Shown: positions 6,450-15,555 of the stretch, one piece after another
Position numbering within the stretch: position 1 is the stretch's first letter
Layout of the letters: every line of letters begins with the position of its first letter
Assembly (NCBI GenBank): GCA_965369865.1
Contig: CBDURU010000044.1
Span: 1-25,124, forward strand
Length of the DNA stretch: 25,124 nucleotides
Direction of reading: 5' to 3'
From: an uncultured bacterium
Lineage (GTDB): Bacteria; JAJVIF01; JAPKYR01
Notes under the pieces: model-generated
What the model was told of the DNA's origin: nothing
Seen by the model: only the letters and a program-made list of their open reading frames with translations
Database searches by the model: none
Program-made: the position numbers and the translations under genes

Positions 6450-8300
6450 ATGAACCGCAAACCATCAACAACCGCTGCCAACCCTTACATTCACGCGCTA
6501 CGGCTCCGTGGTGTTTTAATCATGTCCATATGTCTGGTCCTTTTGGGAATTGGATCAGTACGGCTGGGGATCGTCCAGGCGAAATATCCCGAACGCTTTG
6601 AATCCCTAGATTGTTTCCAGCCAGCCCGCACCGGGATTATCCCTTCATCGAGGGGTCGAATTTTCGATACCCACCTGAGACCGCTTGCCGATAACTGGAC
6701 CGTTTCATCGCTCTTTGTTAACCCGAGCCTTGTCCCCGACGAGTTGCGTGAAACACTGATACAGGCAGTGCGGTTGTATCTCGACTGCGATCCCGGGCAA
6801 GTCAGGTCCGCCATTTACGATAGTGAAGCAACTCGCCGGATCCTTATCCCCGAAATGACCCAGGATGATATTCAACGTTTTAACTCGATCCCATACTCGG
6901 TTGAGACCGCCGAATTATTCAGGGAAGTAGGGATCTGGAATCACGAAGCACGGGTTTATCCGTACGGGCCCCTGGCGGGTCCGGTTATAGGTTTTACGTC
7001 CGCACGCGATGGGGGCCAGGTGGGACTGTGGGGACTTGAGGGCCGGTACGATGACATTCTTTCGGGAAGACCGGGGAAATACAACGACCTTCGGGATCAG
7101 CACGGCAACCGGATACCGGGTTCAAGGCAGGAAATCTTATCTCCCCGCAACGGCACCGATATTGTTTTGACACTGGACGCGGATATCCAGGCTCTCGCCG
7201 AGGCCGCTCTCGCCCAGGGACTTGAAAATACCGGCGCAATAAACGGCACGGTCGTAATAACTGAACCCCGTACGGGGAATGTCCTCGCGCTTGTCAGCCT
7301 TCCAGCACTCGATCCATCTAATTATGCGGAATACGTGGAAGATGAGGAAGCGTTATTTTCAAGGTCGACGTGCCTTTCATATGAAGCCGGAAGTGTAATG
7401 AAAGTTTTTACTTTTGCCGCGGCACTTGAGGAGAATATAGTTCAACCCGATTCCGAATTCAGAGTAACGATGGGGCCATTATGGTTCGGCGGAAGGCGGG
7501 TTCGGGACCATGTGTACGACTTTCCCGTGATCGACCTGCGCCACGCGGTGGTGCATTCATCCAACCGCGCAGCAGGGCTTGTCGCGCAGGATCTCGGCAG
7601 GGACAGGTTGATTCCATGGTTACAGGTATTCGGATTCGGTGAAAAAACCTCTCTCGATATGCCCGGTGAACCGTCCGGAAATTTAAAAGAATCATTGGAC
7701 CACATGCCCCTGATCGATCTCGTGAACGCCGGGTTCGGGCAGGGAATTACAGTCAGTCCCCTCCAGATAATCCAGGCGATGAGCGTATTCGCCAACGACG
7801 GTGTGCTGGTCCCGTTAAGGCTGGTTAAATCGAGGTTTGACCCATCGTGGAAACAACTTGTCGAAATCAGCCGCATTCCGGGCTGGCGTGTGCTGAATCC
7901 ATCGACCGCTCAGGTAATAGAGGAATTCATGGTTGGTGTGATAGATGAAGGTACTGCAATGCAGGCGCGAACCGAATGGGTATGCGCTGGAAAAACCGCT
8001 ACCGCGCAGAAGGTAAATCCGGACGGCGGGTATTTCGAGGACAGGTTTTATTCAACCTTTGTTGGTTACGGACCGGTGCCGGGTCCGAAGTGGATGATCC
8101 TGGTCATTCTCGACGAACCGGGAATACCGTACTACGGCGGGGCCGCGTGCGGTCCTATTTTCAAGGATATTTTCAACGCATTGATGTTAAGAGACGGCGA
8201 ACGTCACACAGTCCCTGATGGTACTCAACTCACCGGGACCATCGCTCAAACAGAATATGTAATTTCGCGCGATCCATTTTCAGGGTCGGTCGCGAACTGA
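6450..8300 (+). CDS. ftsI: Class B penicillin-binding protein (FtsI/PBP3/SpoVD-like transpeptidase)
   Basis: N-terminal TM segment; RGRIFD, RVYPYG, GLWGLEG, LTLDADIQ; SxxK (S315VMK), SxN (S370SN), K515TA, GFGQG. Confidence 0.93.
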   Translation: MNRKPSTTAANPYIHALRLRGVLIMSICLVLLGIGSVRLGIVQAKYPERFESLDCFQPARTGIIPSSRGRIFDTHLRPLADNWTVSSLFVNPSLVPDELRETLIQAVRLYLDCDPGQVRSAIYDSEATRRILIPEMTQDDIQRFNSIPYSVETAELFREVGIWNHEARVYPYGPLAGPVIGFTSARDGGQVGLWGLEGRYDDILSGRPGKYNDLRDQHGNRIPGSRQEILSPRNGTDIVLTLDADIQALAEAALAQGLENTGAINGTVVITEPRTGNVLALVSLPALDPSNYAEYVEDEEALFSRSTCLSYEAGSVMKVFTFAAALEENIVQPDSEFRVTMGPLWFGGRRVRDHVYDFPVIDLRHAVVHSSNRAAGLVAQDLGRDRLIPWLQVFGFGEKTSLDMPGEPSGNLKESLDHMPLIDLVNAGFGQGITVSPLQIIQAMSVFANDGVLVPLRLVKSRFDPSWKQLVEISRIPGWRVLNPSTAQVIEEFMVGVIDEGTAMQARTEWVCAGKTATAQKVNPDGGYFEDRFYSTFVGYGPVPGPKWMILVILDEPGIPYYGGAACGPIFKDIFNALMLRDGERHTVPDGTQLTGTIAQTEYVISRDPFSGSVAN

Positions 8301-8325
8301 TATAAATCGCAGTAATTGAGAAAAA

Positions 8326-9888
8326 ATGGCCGAACCGAGTCAAAAAACTGTTAATGGAGACAGGTTAAAGGAACTATTCCCGACGTCGGAATGGCGCGGG
8401 AACATTCCCCCTGCCCTGGTTCATGTCGCCGACGACAGCCGAAGGGTAAAAGAAGGCGGAATTTTTGTAGCGATCGCGGGTTACGAAACCGATGGACATA
8501 AATATCTTGAATCAGCGGTGAAATCCGGCGCGGGACTTCTTGTGGTCGAGCGGGAAGTTATCGAAACGAATTTTGAAATTATAAAACCGGCTGGCGGGGT
8601 TCCATTACTCGTAACTGAAAATACCAGGTTAGCGGCGTCAATACTTGCGAGTGAATTTTACGGACATCCAAGCCGGGAAATTGAAATTCACGGCATAACA
8701 GGCACCAAGGGAAAAACAACAACGGCACATATTCTAGCGGGTATTCTGAAAACAGCGGGACGAAAACCGGCAACGATGGGTACGCTTGGGATCGAGTTGG
8801 GGGACGAGCACTGGAAGTCCGATCTCACGACACCGGGTCCGATCGAGTTCCATAACAGGCTCAGGTTTCTTGTGGACCTTGGCGCGACAGATCTTTGCTG
8901 CGAGGTGAGCGCCCATGCAGGTGCATTATCAAGGACATCCTCAGTCAAATTCGCGACCGTAACATACATGAATCTTTCCCGCGACCATGGCGATCATTTT
9001 TCAGAGGATGAATACCTCGACGCGAAAATCCAGATCGTTAAGGACGCCGTAAATATTAATCCCGACATTATCGCGATCGGCAACATCCGCGACCCTCATT
9101 ATGAGGCGTTTGTAAGCGAGGCAAAAAAGGGTAACCGTTTAAGTTTCGGGGCGTTCGAGGAAAAAGAGGATCATGAAAATATTACATGCGATCTCAAAGC
9201 CCGGATTATCGAACACTCATCGCAGGATTTGAACATTGTTATAAATACGTCTGAATGGAAGCAGGAAATAGCATTGCCGCTGATCGGACGATTCAACGCT
9301 CAAAACGCGGCCGCAGCGGCATCGATCGCATCGGCGATTGGAATCCCGGGGGAAAAAATTGCAGAGGGTTTGAGCAATGCAAAACCGATACCCGGACGTC
9401 TCGAACGGATCGACATGGGTCAGGATTTTCTTGTGGTTGTGGATTACGCACACGCGCCGCAGCCGGCGTCGGAAGTGCTGGGGTGTCTGAGGGATCTGAC
9501 CAGGGGCCGTCTGATCGGCGTAATGGGCGCGGGCGGTTCGAGAGATCGCGGAAAGCGGCCGCTTATCGGCGAGGTTCTTTCAAGAGACTGCGACATCGCT
9601 GTAATTACATCGGACAATCCCCGCAAGGAAGAACCTCTCGACATTATCAATGACATACTTGTGGGTGTAACGCGGGAAAATTCCAGTACGGAAATAATCA
9701 CGGAGGTCGACCGTAGTAAAGCAATCGGAATCGCCCTAGGTAACGCGTTACCTGGAGACACTGTCGCGATACTGGGGAAAGGGCACGAGACATACCAGAT
9801 TTTCAAGGACAGGACGATTGATTTCGATGATCGGGAAGTCGCCCGTGAATGGCTTTTGGAAAAATTTAAGGAACGGGTGAGCGAATGA
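8326..9888 (+). CDS. murE: UDP-MurNAc-L-Ala-D-Glu--meso-diaminopimelate ligase
   Basis: DSRRV, GITGTKGKTT, TTPG, EVSAH, PGRLE, VDYAH, GAGGSRD, DNPR (DAP-type), GKGHE. Confidence 0.95.
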   Translation: MAEPSQKTVNGDRLKELFPTSEWRGNIPPALVHVADDSRRVKEGGIFVAIAGYETDGHKYLESAVKSGAGLLVVEREVIETNFEIIKPAGGVPLLVTENTRLAASILASEFYGHPSREIEIHGITGTKGKTTTAHILAGILKTAGRKPATMGTLGIELGDEHWKSDLTTPGPIEFHNRLRFLVDLGATDLCCEVSAHAGALSRTSSVKFATVTYMNLSRDHGDHFSEDEYLDAKIQIVKDAVNINPDIIAIGNIRDPHYEAFVSEAKKGNRLSFGAFEEKEDHENITCDLKARIIEHSSQDLNIVINTSEWKQEIALPLIGRFNAQNAAAAASIASAIGIPGEKIAEGLSNAKPIPGRLERIDMGQDFLVVVDYAHAPQPASEVLGCLRDLTRGRLIGVMGAGGSRDRGKRPLIGEVLSRDCDIAVITSDNPRKEEPLDIINDILVGVTRENSSTEIITEVDRSKAIGIALGNALPGDTVAILGKGHETYQIFKDRTIDFDDREVAREWLLEKFKERVSE

Positions 9889-10125
9889 ACATGCAAACCG
9901 GGAGACGCCAGTATTAAGAGTCCCTAACAAAATGGCGATGCGAACGGGGACACCTGCTTTTCGACAGGCGAAAAGAGATGTCCCCAGTGAAAAAAATTCA
10001 GGTAAATGGGTGAGCGAATGAACATGCAAACCGGGAGAAGCCAGTATTAAGAGTCCCTAACAAAATGGCGATGCGAACAGGGACACCTGCTTTTCGACGG
10101 GCGAAAAGAGGTGTCCCCAGTGAAA
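9875..10125. repeat. Tandem duplication with 133-bp period (9875-9992 and 10008-10125); each unit holds the 40-bp GGGGACA palindrome
   Basis: The 118-bp units differ at 4 positions; the unit begins in the last murE codons. Confidence 0.92.
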
Positions 10126-10181
10126 GATGGTAAAAAAACTTATTTTGTTAGAAGCTCTAAGGCAAACGTGGAAATAAAAAT

Positions 10182-11606
10182 ATGAAATTAACACTGGGAG
10201 AATGGAGAGACGCGACAAACGGGGAAATCCTCGCGGGTGAGAGCGGGATATTTGTCGGCGGCAATGGTCCGGGCGGCCTGTCAATCGATTCACGATTGAT
10301 CGAAAAGGGCCAGTGGTTTATCGCGCTTATCGGGGTAACCGGTACGGATGGGCATGACTATCTGAAAAACGCAATTGATGCGGGAGCGGGCGGGGTAATC
10401 GTCTCGGACCTGAAAGCTTATGAAAGTAACGTCCGGGCCGACTACCCCAACCTGCCCGCTTTACTTGTGGACGGCACAACTCTCGCACTGGGAGATGCCG
10501 CCCGTTCGTTGCTTGAAAAATTCTCCCCCTTTGTCATAGCCATCACGGGAACGGTAGGAAAGACCGGGGTAAAAGAAAATATCGCACACCTTCTGGAAAT
10601 TCGCCGGCCCGTTTTAAAAACCAGGGGGAACTGGAATACCGAGATCGGGCTGCCGTTAACGGTTTTTGAAATCACTGCTGAACACAAAGTGGCGGTTCTC
10701 GAATGTGCCGCCAGGGGACCCGGCCAGGTTCACTATTTAAGCATGATAGCAAGGCCCGATATCGCCGTTATCACTCATATCGGCCCGGGCCATCTAAGGG
10801 AGTTTGGAAACCTCGAGGAAGTCGCAAAAGCCAAGTGGGAAATTGTTGACGGGTTAAAGGACGATGGTGTAATCGTCGCGGACATGGAATCAATTTACAC
10901 GGGTGACGCCGGAATTACCCATACCATGATTACATTCGGCCTTTCCGATAAATGTACGGTTCACCCCGTTGATATTCAAATTCTGAATGATTCCACGCTC
11001 TCAGTCATTGCTACTCCTAATGGCTCATTCAACACGGAAATACCGGGATCAAGCCGTGCCGACCTGATGAACGCACTCGCCGCGGTTGCATGTGTTCAAC
11101 AGATACCGGAAAGCCTTACGAATGACGAGATAGCTTCCGCACTTAAATCACTCCCATCGACTCCCGGACGCCTTGAAAAAATTATACGTGAGAGCGGGAT
11201 CGAGGTTATTTTCGACGGTTACAACTCGAATCCGATATCACTCGCGAATGCGCTCGAACTCCTTGCCAGGCGAAAAACTCTTGCCGACGGCGGGGAAATC
11301 TGTCGAAGGGTCGCGATTCTGGGCGACATGCTCGAGCTCGGAGAGGAAGAGAAACAATACCACCTTGATGCGGGAACGCATGTCGCGAATTTAAATATTG
11401 ACGTTCTTCTGACAGTTGGAAACCTTGCAAAATTCATCGGCGAAGCTGTCGATTCAGCAAAACCGGATGAAGTCGGAAGCAAACATTATGAATCAACCGA
11501 CGAATGCGCACGGGACCTCAGTACACAGTTAATGCCTGGCGACCTTGTTTTAATCAAGGCAAGCCGTTCATTGGAATTTGAAAAACTTCTGGAGACTGAC
11601 TGGTAG
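10182..11606 (+). CDS. murF: UDP-MurNAc-tripeptide--D-Ala-D-Ala ligase
   Basis: SIDSR, DGHDY, AITGTVGKT, GNWNTEIGLPLT, DGYNSNP, LGDMLELG, LIKASR. Confidence 0.95.
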   Translation: MKLTLGEWRDATNGEILAGESGIFVGGNGPGGLSIDSRLIEKGQWFIALIGVTGTDGHDYLKNAIDAGAGGVIVSDLKAYESNVRADYPNLPALLVDGTTLALGDAARSLLEKFSPFVIAITGTVGKTGVKENIAHLLEIRRPVLKTRGNWNTEIGLPLTVFEITAEHKVAVLECAARGPGQVHYLSMIARPDIAVITHIGPGHLREFGNLEEVAKAKWEIVDGLKDDGVIVADMESIYTGDAGITHTMITFGLSDKCTVHPVDIQILNDSTLSVIATPNGSFNTEIPGSSRADLMNALAAVACVQQIPESLTNDEIASALKSLPSTPGRLEKIIRESGIEVIFDGYNSNPISLANALELLARRKTLADGGEICRRVAILGDMLELGEEEKQYHLDAGTHVANLNIDVLLTVGNLAKFIGEAVDSAKPDEVGSKHYESTDECARDLSTQLMPGDLVLIKASRSLEFEKLLETDW

Positions 11607-11613
11607 AAAATTA

Positions 11614-12576
11614 ATGTCATTGTCACGCGGACAAATAATACTTACCTCATCGCTGATCGCATCGATCCTCCTGACTTATTTCATTACCTGGATGCTGTCG
11701 CGGCGACCGGGCGAAGGAACCGTAATCCGCGACCAGGGTCCGGAGCACCACAGGAGTAAAGCCTCTACCCCATCAACCGGCGGACGCGCGTTTCTTGCCA
11801 CACTTGCGATCGTCGGGTTTCCAGCATCGATCGTGATAATGGATCCAAGGGGAATCATCGGGATCGCGGTTGGGTTACTTACCGGACTGATCGGCCTTGC
11901 CGACGACACGATCAAGGTCATGAAGAAGGATTCATCCGGCCTGAAAGCCAGGTACAAGCTCCCGCTGCAAATTTTAGTGGGACTTCTCGCGAGCGCGGCG
12001 TCGTTTTATTTCATGGCCGACAGTTCGTTGAGGATCCCGTTCATACACCAGTCAATAAGTATCGGATTCTGGAAAATTCCGGTCGGGCTGTTCTGTTATC
12101 TCACCATTATTAACGGTGTGAATTTTACCGACGGCCTCGACGGGCTGGCAACATCGACCGTGCTGGTCGCAGGCCTGGCGCTGGGAATTTCGTTATGGAC
12201 AACGGGGCTCGGAACAGCCATAGTTCCGGTCATCCTGATGGGTATGTGCATCGGATTCCTTCCGTTCAACTGGAACCCGGCAAAAATATTCATGGGTGAC
12301 ACAGGATCATTAGCGCTTGGCGGCGCGCTGGCGGCGTGTGCGATCGCGACAGGGCTGGAACTGGTCCTGCTCATCATCGGCCTTGTTTTCATAATCGAAA
12401 CAGCAACGGTTGTTTTACAGGTTGTGTATTTCCGAATGACAGGCGGAAAGAGAATTTTCCTGATGACGCCGATACATCACGCATGGGAATTGAGGGGATT
12501 CAAGGAACCGAGGATTGTCATGGGAGCGGTTATTACAGGGATCATCGGCGGTGTACTCGGATGGTGGTCATCCTGA
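11614..12576 (+). CDS. mraY: Phospho-N-acetylmuramoyl-pentapeptide transferase
   Basis: Polytopic; KASTPSTGG, GLADD, NGVNFTDGLDGL, NWNPAKIFMGDTGSLALG, PIHHAWE; ATG at 11614 just after the murF stop. Confidence 0.95.
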   Translation: MSLSRGQIILTSSLIASILLTYFITWMLSRRPGEGTVIRDQGPEHHRSKASTPSTGGRAFLATLAIVGFPASIVIMDPRGIIGIAVGLLTGLIGLADDTIKVMKKDSSGLKARYKLPLQILVGLLASAASFYFMADSSLRIPFIHQSISIGFWKIPVGLFCYLTIINGVNFTDGLDGLATSTVLVAGLALGISLWTTGLGTAIVPVILMGMCIGFLPFNWNPAKIFMGDTGSLALGGALAACAIATGLELVLLIIGLVFIIETATVVLQVVYFRMTGGKRIFLMTPIHHAWELRGFKEPRIVMGAVITGIIGGVLGWWSS

Positions 12577-12639
12577 AACAAGCCGTGAATTTAATTGATT
12601 TTAATTGATTTTAATAAAAGAAAATTCAATTGAGAAATA

Positions 12640-12806
12640 TTAAACAGACAAGAATTACAGGCGGAGGATGTATCTCCGCCAGGCACCATAACTCTGCGAA
12701 ATGGGAGGGGCCTTGTCCCAGGCCCCTCCCCGCCTGTTTAAATCTGACTCCAATGTTCGGCCATTTAAGGGAGTCCCAGGGGGGGAGATAAATTTTCCCC
12801 CCTGGG
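12640..12806. other. Cluster of four GC-rich hairpins in the mraY-murD intergenic region
   Basis: Stems at 12660-12680, 12703-12730, 12746-12775 and 12775-12806. Confidence 0.7.
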
Positions 12807-12844
12807 TCCCGCGGTCCGTTTGAGATAAAACCTGAGTAACCGGA

Positions 12845-14248
12845 ATGAAAAAGATGAAAGCTTACCCGAAGAAAACCCGTTTTGCGATCTGGGGTTACGG
12901 CGTTACCGGTCGCGCGCTGACCGATGTTCTCAGCAAGCGTGGATACCCTGTGACGGTGATCGAGGACAAAGAGGAATCGGAATTTCAGAATTACAATGAC
13001 GATATAAGCCGTCTCAGGAAGGACGGGGTAAAATTTCATTTCGGAGGGATCGGTAATCTCGCCGATTTCGTTCCTAAAATAGCGGATGTACTTTCGCCAT
13101 CGCCGGGGATAAAAGTTCCTGAAGACCTGGTTGAAAGTTTTGAGGAATCAAGAGTCCAAATCGCCGGGGAAATCGAGATCGCAAGCCGTCTGGTTGCTGG
13201 AAAAGTAATCGCAATAACGGGTACGGACGGAAAGACCACAACGGCGACACTGATACATCACATTCTCACAACCGCGGGGGTTCCGGCACATGTCGCGGGA
13301 AATATAGGTTCACCATTTATCAACCTGGTGGGTGAAACAAAACCGGACCATTGGCTGGTCGTGGAAGTATCAAGCTATCAGTTGGAGAGTGTACGGCTTT
13401 TCAGGCCCCATATCGCGGTTCTTTTGAACATTGCCGAAGACCACCTTGAACGTCACGGCGACATTCGCACGTACACTCGTATGAAAGGACGTGTTTTCAT
13501 AAGGCAGCGAAAGGAAAACCACGCGGTGATCAACTACGACGATCCTGCCTGCCTTCAGGCGTACGGACAGGCTGTCTCAACGATGCACGGGTTCAGTTTA
13601 GCCGGTCCGATCCCAAAGGGAGCCTGGAGGGAAAATGGGGACCTTGTGGTCTACAGCAAGAAAGATTTCAGGAAAGTTGTTAGTACGGACGACCTCCTGG
13701 CCAGCGGAGAACATAACCAGTACAACATGCTTGCCGCGATACTGGCATGCAGGCTGGCAGGTGTCAGGGTCGAGAAAATCGCCGAGGGCGCAGTAACTTT
13801 CGAGGGCCTGCCCCACCGCATTGAAACGATAGGGAAAATCAACGAAGTGCTGTGGGTGAATGATTCCAAGGCTACGAATATCCATTCCACTCTGAACGCG
13901 CTCAAGTGCTTTGAGGAACCGGTGGTTCTTTTACTCGGGGGTTACGAAAAAGGCCTGGATCTGACCTACCTGATTCCTTATATATTCAGGCATGCAAGCC
14001 ATGTGGTGCTGCTTGGTGAGACGCGAAATCGATTCCGCAAGGAACTTCGCGCCGCAGGATACACAAATATCACTGTCCGGAAAACCCTCCAGGAGGCATG
14101 CCTTGCCGCCCAGGATATTGCAGAACCGGGCGAAGTGGTGCTGCTGTCGCCCGCGTCATCGAGTTTCGATCAGTTTAAGAGCTTTATCGATCGGGGTGAA
14201 ACTTTCAGAAAATGGGTTGAGAAAAAAATGAAGAGGACGGAGGCATGA
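12845..14248 (+). CDS. murD: UDP-MurNAc-L-Ala--D-Glu ligase
   Basis: GYGVTG, SPGI, AITGTDGKTTT, GNIG, VEVSSYQL, DHLERH, GLPHRIE, NDSKATN, LLSPASSSFDQF. Confidence 0.96.
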   Translation: MKKMKAYPKKTRFAIWGYGVTGRALTDVLSKRGYPVTVIEDKEESEFQNYNDDISRLRKDGVKFHFGGIGNLADFVPKIADVLSPSPGIKVPEDLVESFEESRVQIAGEIEIASRLVAGKVIAITGTDGKTTTATLIHHILTTAGVPAHVAGNIGSPFINLVGETKPDHWLVVEVSSYQLESVRLFRPHIAVLLNIAEDHLERHGDIRTYTRMKGRVFIRQRKENHAVINYDDPACLQAYGQAVSTMHGFSLAGPIPKGAWRENGDLVVYSKKDFRKVVSTDDLLASGEHNQYNMLAAILACRLAGVRVEKIAEGAVTFEGLPHRIETIGKINEVLWVNDSKATNIHSTLNALKCFEEPVVLLLGGYEKGLDLTYLIPYIFRHASHVVLLGETRNRFRKELRAAGYTNITVRKTLQEACLAAQDIAEPGEVVLLSPASSSFDQFKSFIDRGETFRKWVEKKMKRTEA

Positions 14249-15537
14249 CCGAAGGCAGCCGGAAATTCGACGAGACCCTGAGGGCAACTTCAAAACGCGC
14301 GTTGAAAACCCTTCTTCTGTCTATTCTATTTCTTACAGCGGCGGGATGGGTGATGCTTCTGGACGCCGGCGCGATTTACAAGGGGATATACAATCCGGCG
14401 TATTTTTCCAGTCTCGTGGATACACGATTGCTTGCGATGTTCTGTGGCCTGGGGCTGATAGGCATCGCCTGGTTGATCCCCCCGGCTACCATAAGAAAAT
14501 TAACCTGGCCCGTAATCATACTGGCGGTAATTTTTCTTATTCTTATTTTCACCCCGCTTGGGGTATTCGAACGCGGCAGCCGGCGGTGGCTCAATCTCGG
14601 TTTTACATTCCAGCCGATCGAATTTGTAAAGCTTGCGCTCGTATGGTTTCTCGCCGACCGTTTCGCGAGAATCGGACAACTGTCGAAGGCCGGGATGAAA
14701 CAATTCATATTACCGGGGATCTTTGTCATCGGACTTGTCGCGCTCGTAGGCGCCCAGCCGAATTTATCGGGCGTATTTTTCCTGATGGCGCTTACTCTCG
14801 CCATGGCGATCCTTGGCGGAATAAACTGGAAACCTGTAATGGTAATTATCGGTGGAGCGATGGTTACTTTCGCGGGTCTCCTTGCCCTTAACTCGGATCG
14901 CTTAACCCGGTTCGTGGCGTACGATCCCCTGTCTAACCTGTCGGACACGGGCTACCAGCTCAGCCAGTCGTTATGGGCGGTGACGAACGGCGGTTTGTTC
15001 GGACGAGGGCCGGGCGAATCGATCGCGATGTACTCCCTGCCCGATCACACGACCGATTTTGTTTTCTCAATACTCTCTGAAGAATGGGGATTCGCGGGTG
15101 GAACGCTGGTGATCCTGTTGTTCGTTCTTGTTGTGTATTCAGGATTCCGGATCGCCCTCACTCAGAATGATCCGTTCAGACTCCTCCTTGGATGCGGCAT
15201 TGCATCGATCATCGGAATCCAGTCGGCGGTAAATATCGGTGTTGTACTGGGGCTTCTCCCGACCACCGGCGTACCGCTTCCGTTCATTTCCGCCGGGGGG
15301 TCCAACCTGATATTATCGCTGGGCGCTATCGGTTTACTTATGAATCTCTCCCGCACCTCGGGCGAACATTACCAGGTCAAAGCCGTACCGGTAACATCGA
15401 ACGGAAAAATTTTACGATATACAAAATCAAATCGAACAAGGAATAAAATTTCAAATCGTTCATCCAGGAAAACTCAGAGGTCCCGGAACTCTCTAGCGGA
15501 ACGTAAGAGAAGAAGAATTCGGAGGACGGGGACATAA
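14245..15537 (+). CDS. ftsW: SEDS peptidoglycan polymerase FtsW
   Basis: GSRRWL, FQPIEFVKL, QPNL, GYQLSQS, GGLFGRG, LPDHTTDFVFSILSEEWG, PTTGVPLPFISAGGS; ATGA overlap with murD. Confidence 0.94.
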   Translation: MTEGSRKFDETLRATSKRALKTLLLSILFLTAAGWVMLLDAGAIYKGIYNPAYFSSLVDTRLLAMFCGLGLIGIAWLIPPATIRKLTWPVIILAVIFLILIFTPLGVFERGSRRWLNLGFTFQPIEFVKLALVWFLADRFARIGQLSKAGMKQFILPGIFVIGLVALVGAQPNLSGVFFLMALTLAMAILGGINWKPVMVIIGGAMVTFAGLLALNSDRLTRFVAYDPLSNLSDTGYQLSQSLWAVTNGGLFGRGPGESIAMYSLPDHTTDFVFSILSEEWGFAGGTLVILLFVLVVYSGFRIALTQNDPFRLLLGCGIASIIGIQSAVNIGVVLGLLPTTGVPLPFISAGGSNLILSLGAIGLLMNLSRTSGEHYQVKAVPVTSNGKILRYTKSNRTRNKISNRSSRKTQRSRNSLAERKRRRIRRTGT

Positions 15538-15555
15538 ATTTATCCGGAGTATATT

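Noticed and set aside
9875..10125. Possible CRISPR array (40-bp palindromes at regular spacing)
   Set aside because: Only two local units; the would-be spacers are themselves duplicated and too long (93 bp); no cas genes in the window
12626..13039. 137-aa minus-strand ORF spanning the mraY-murD hairpins
   Set aside because: Antisense to the murD start and reads through GC-rich palindromes; no family signal
15350..15400. MurG remnant fused to FtsW (SRTSGEHYQVKAV versus GGTGGHxxP)
   Set aside because: The similarity is too weak to distinguish from chance
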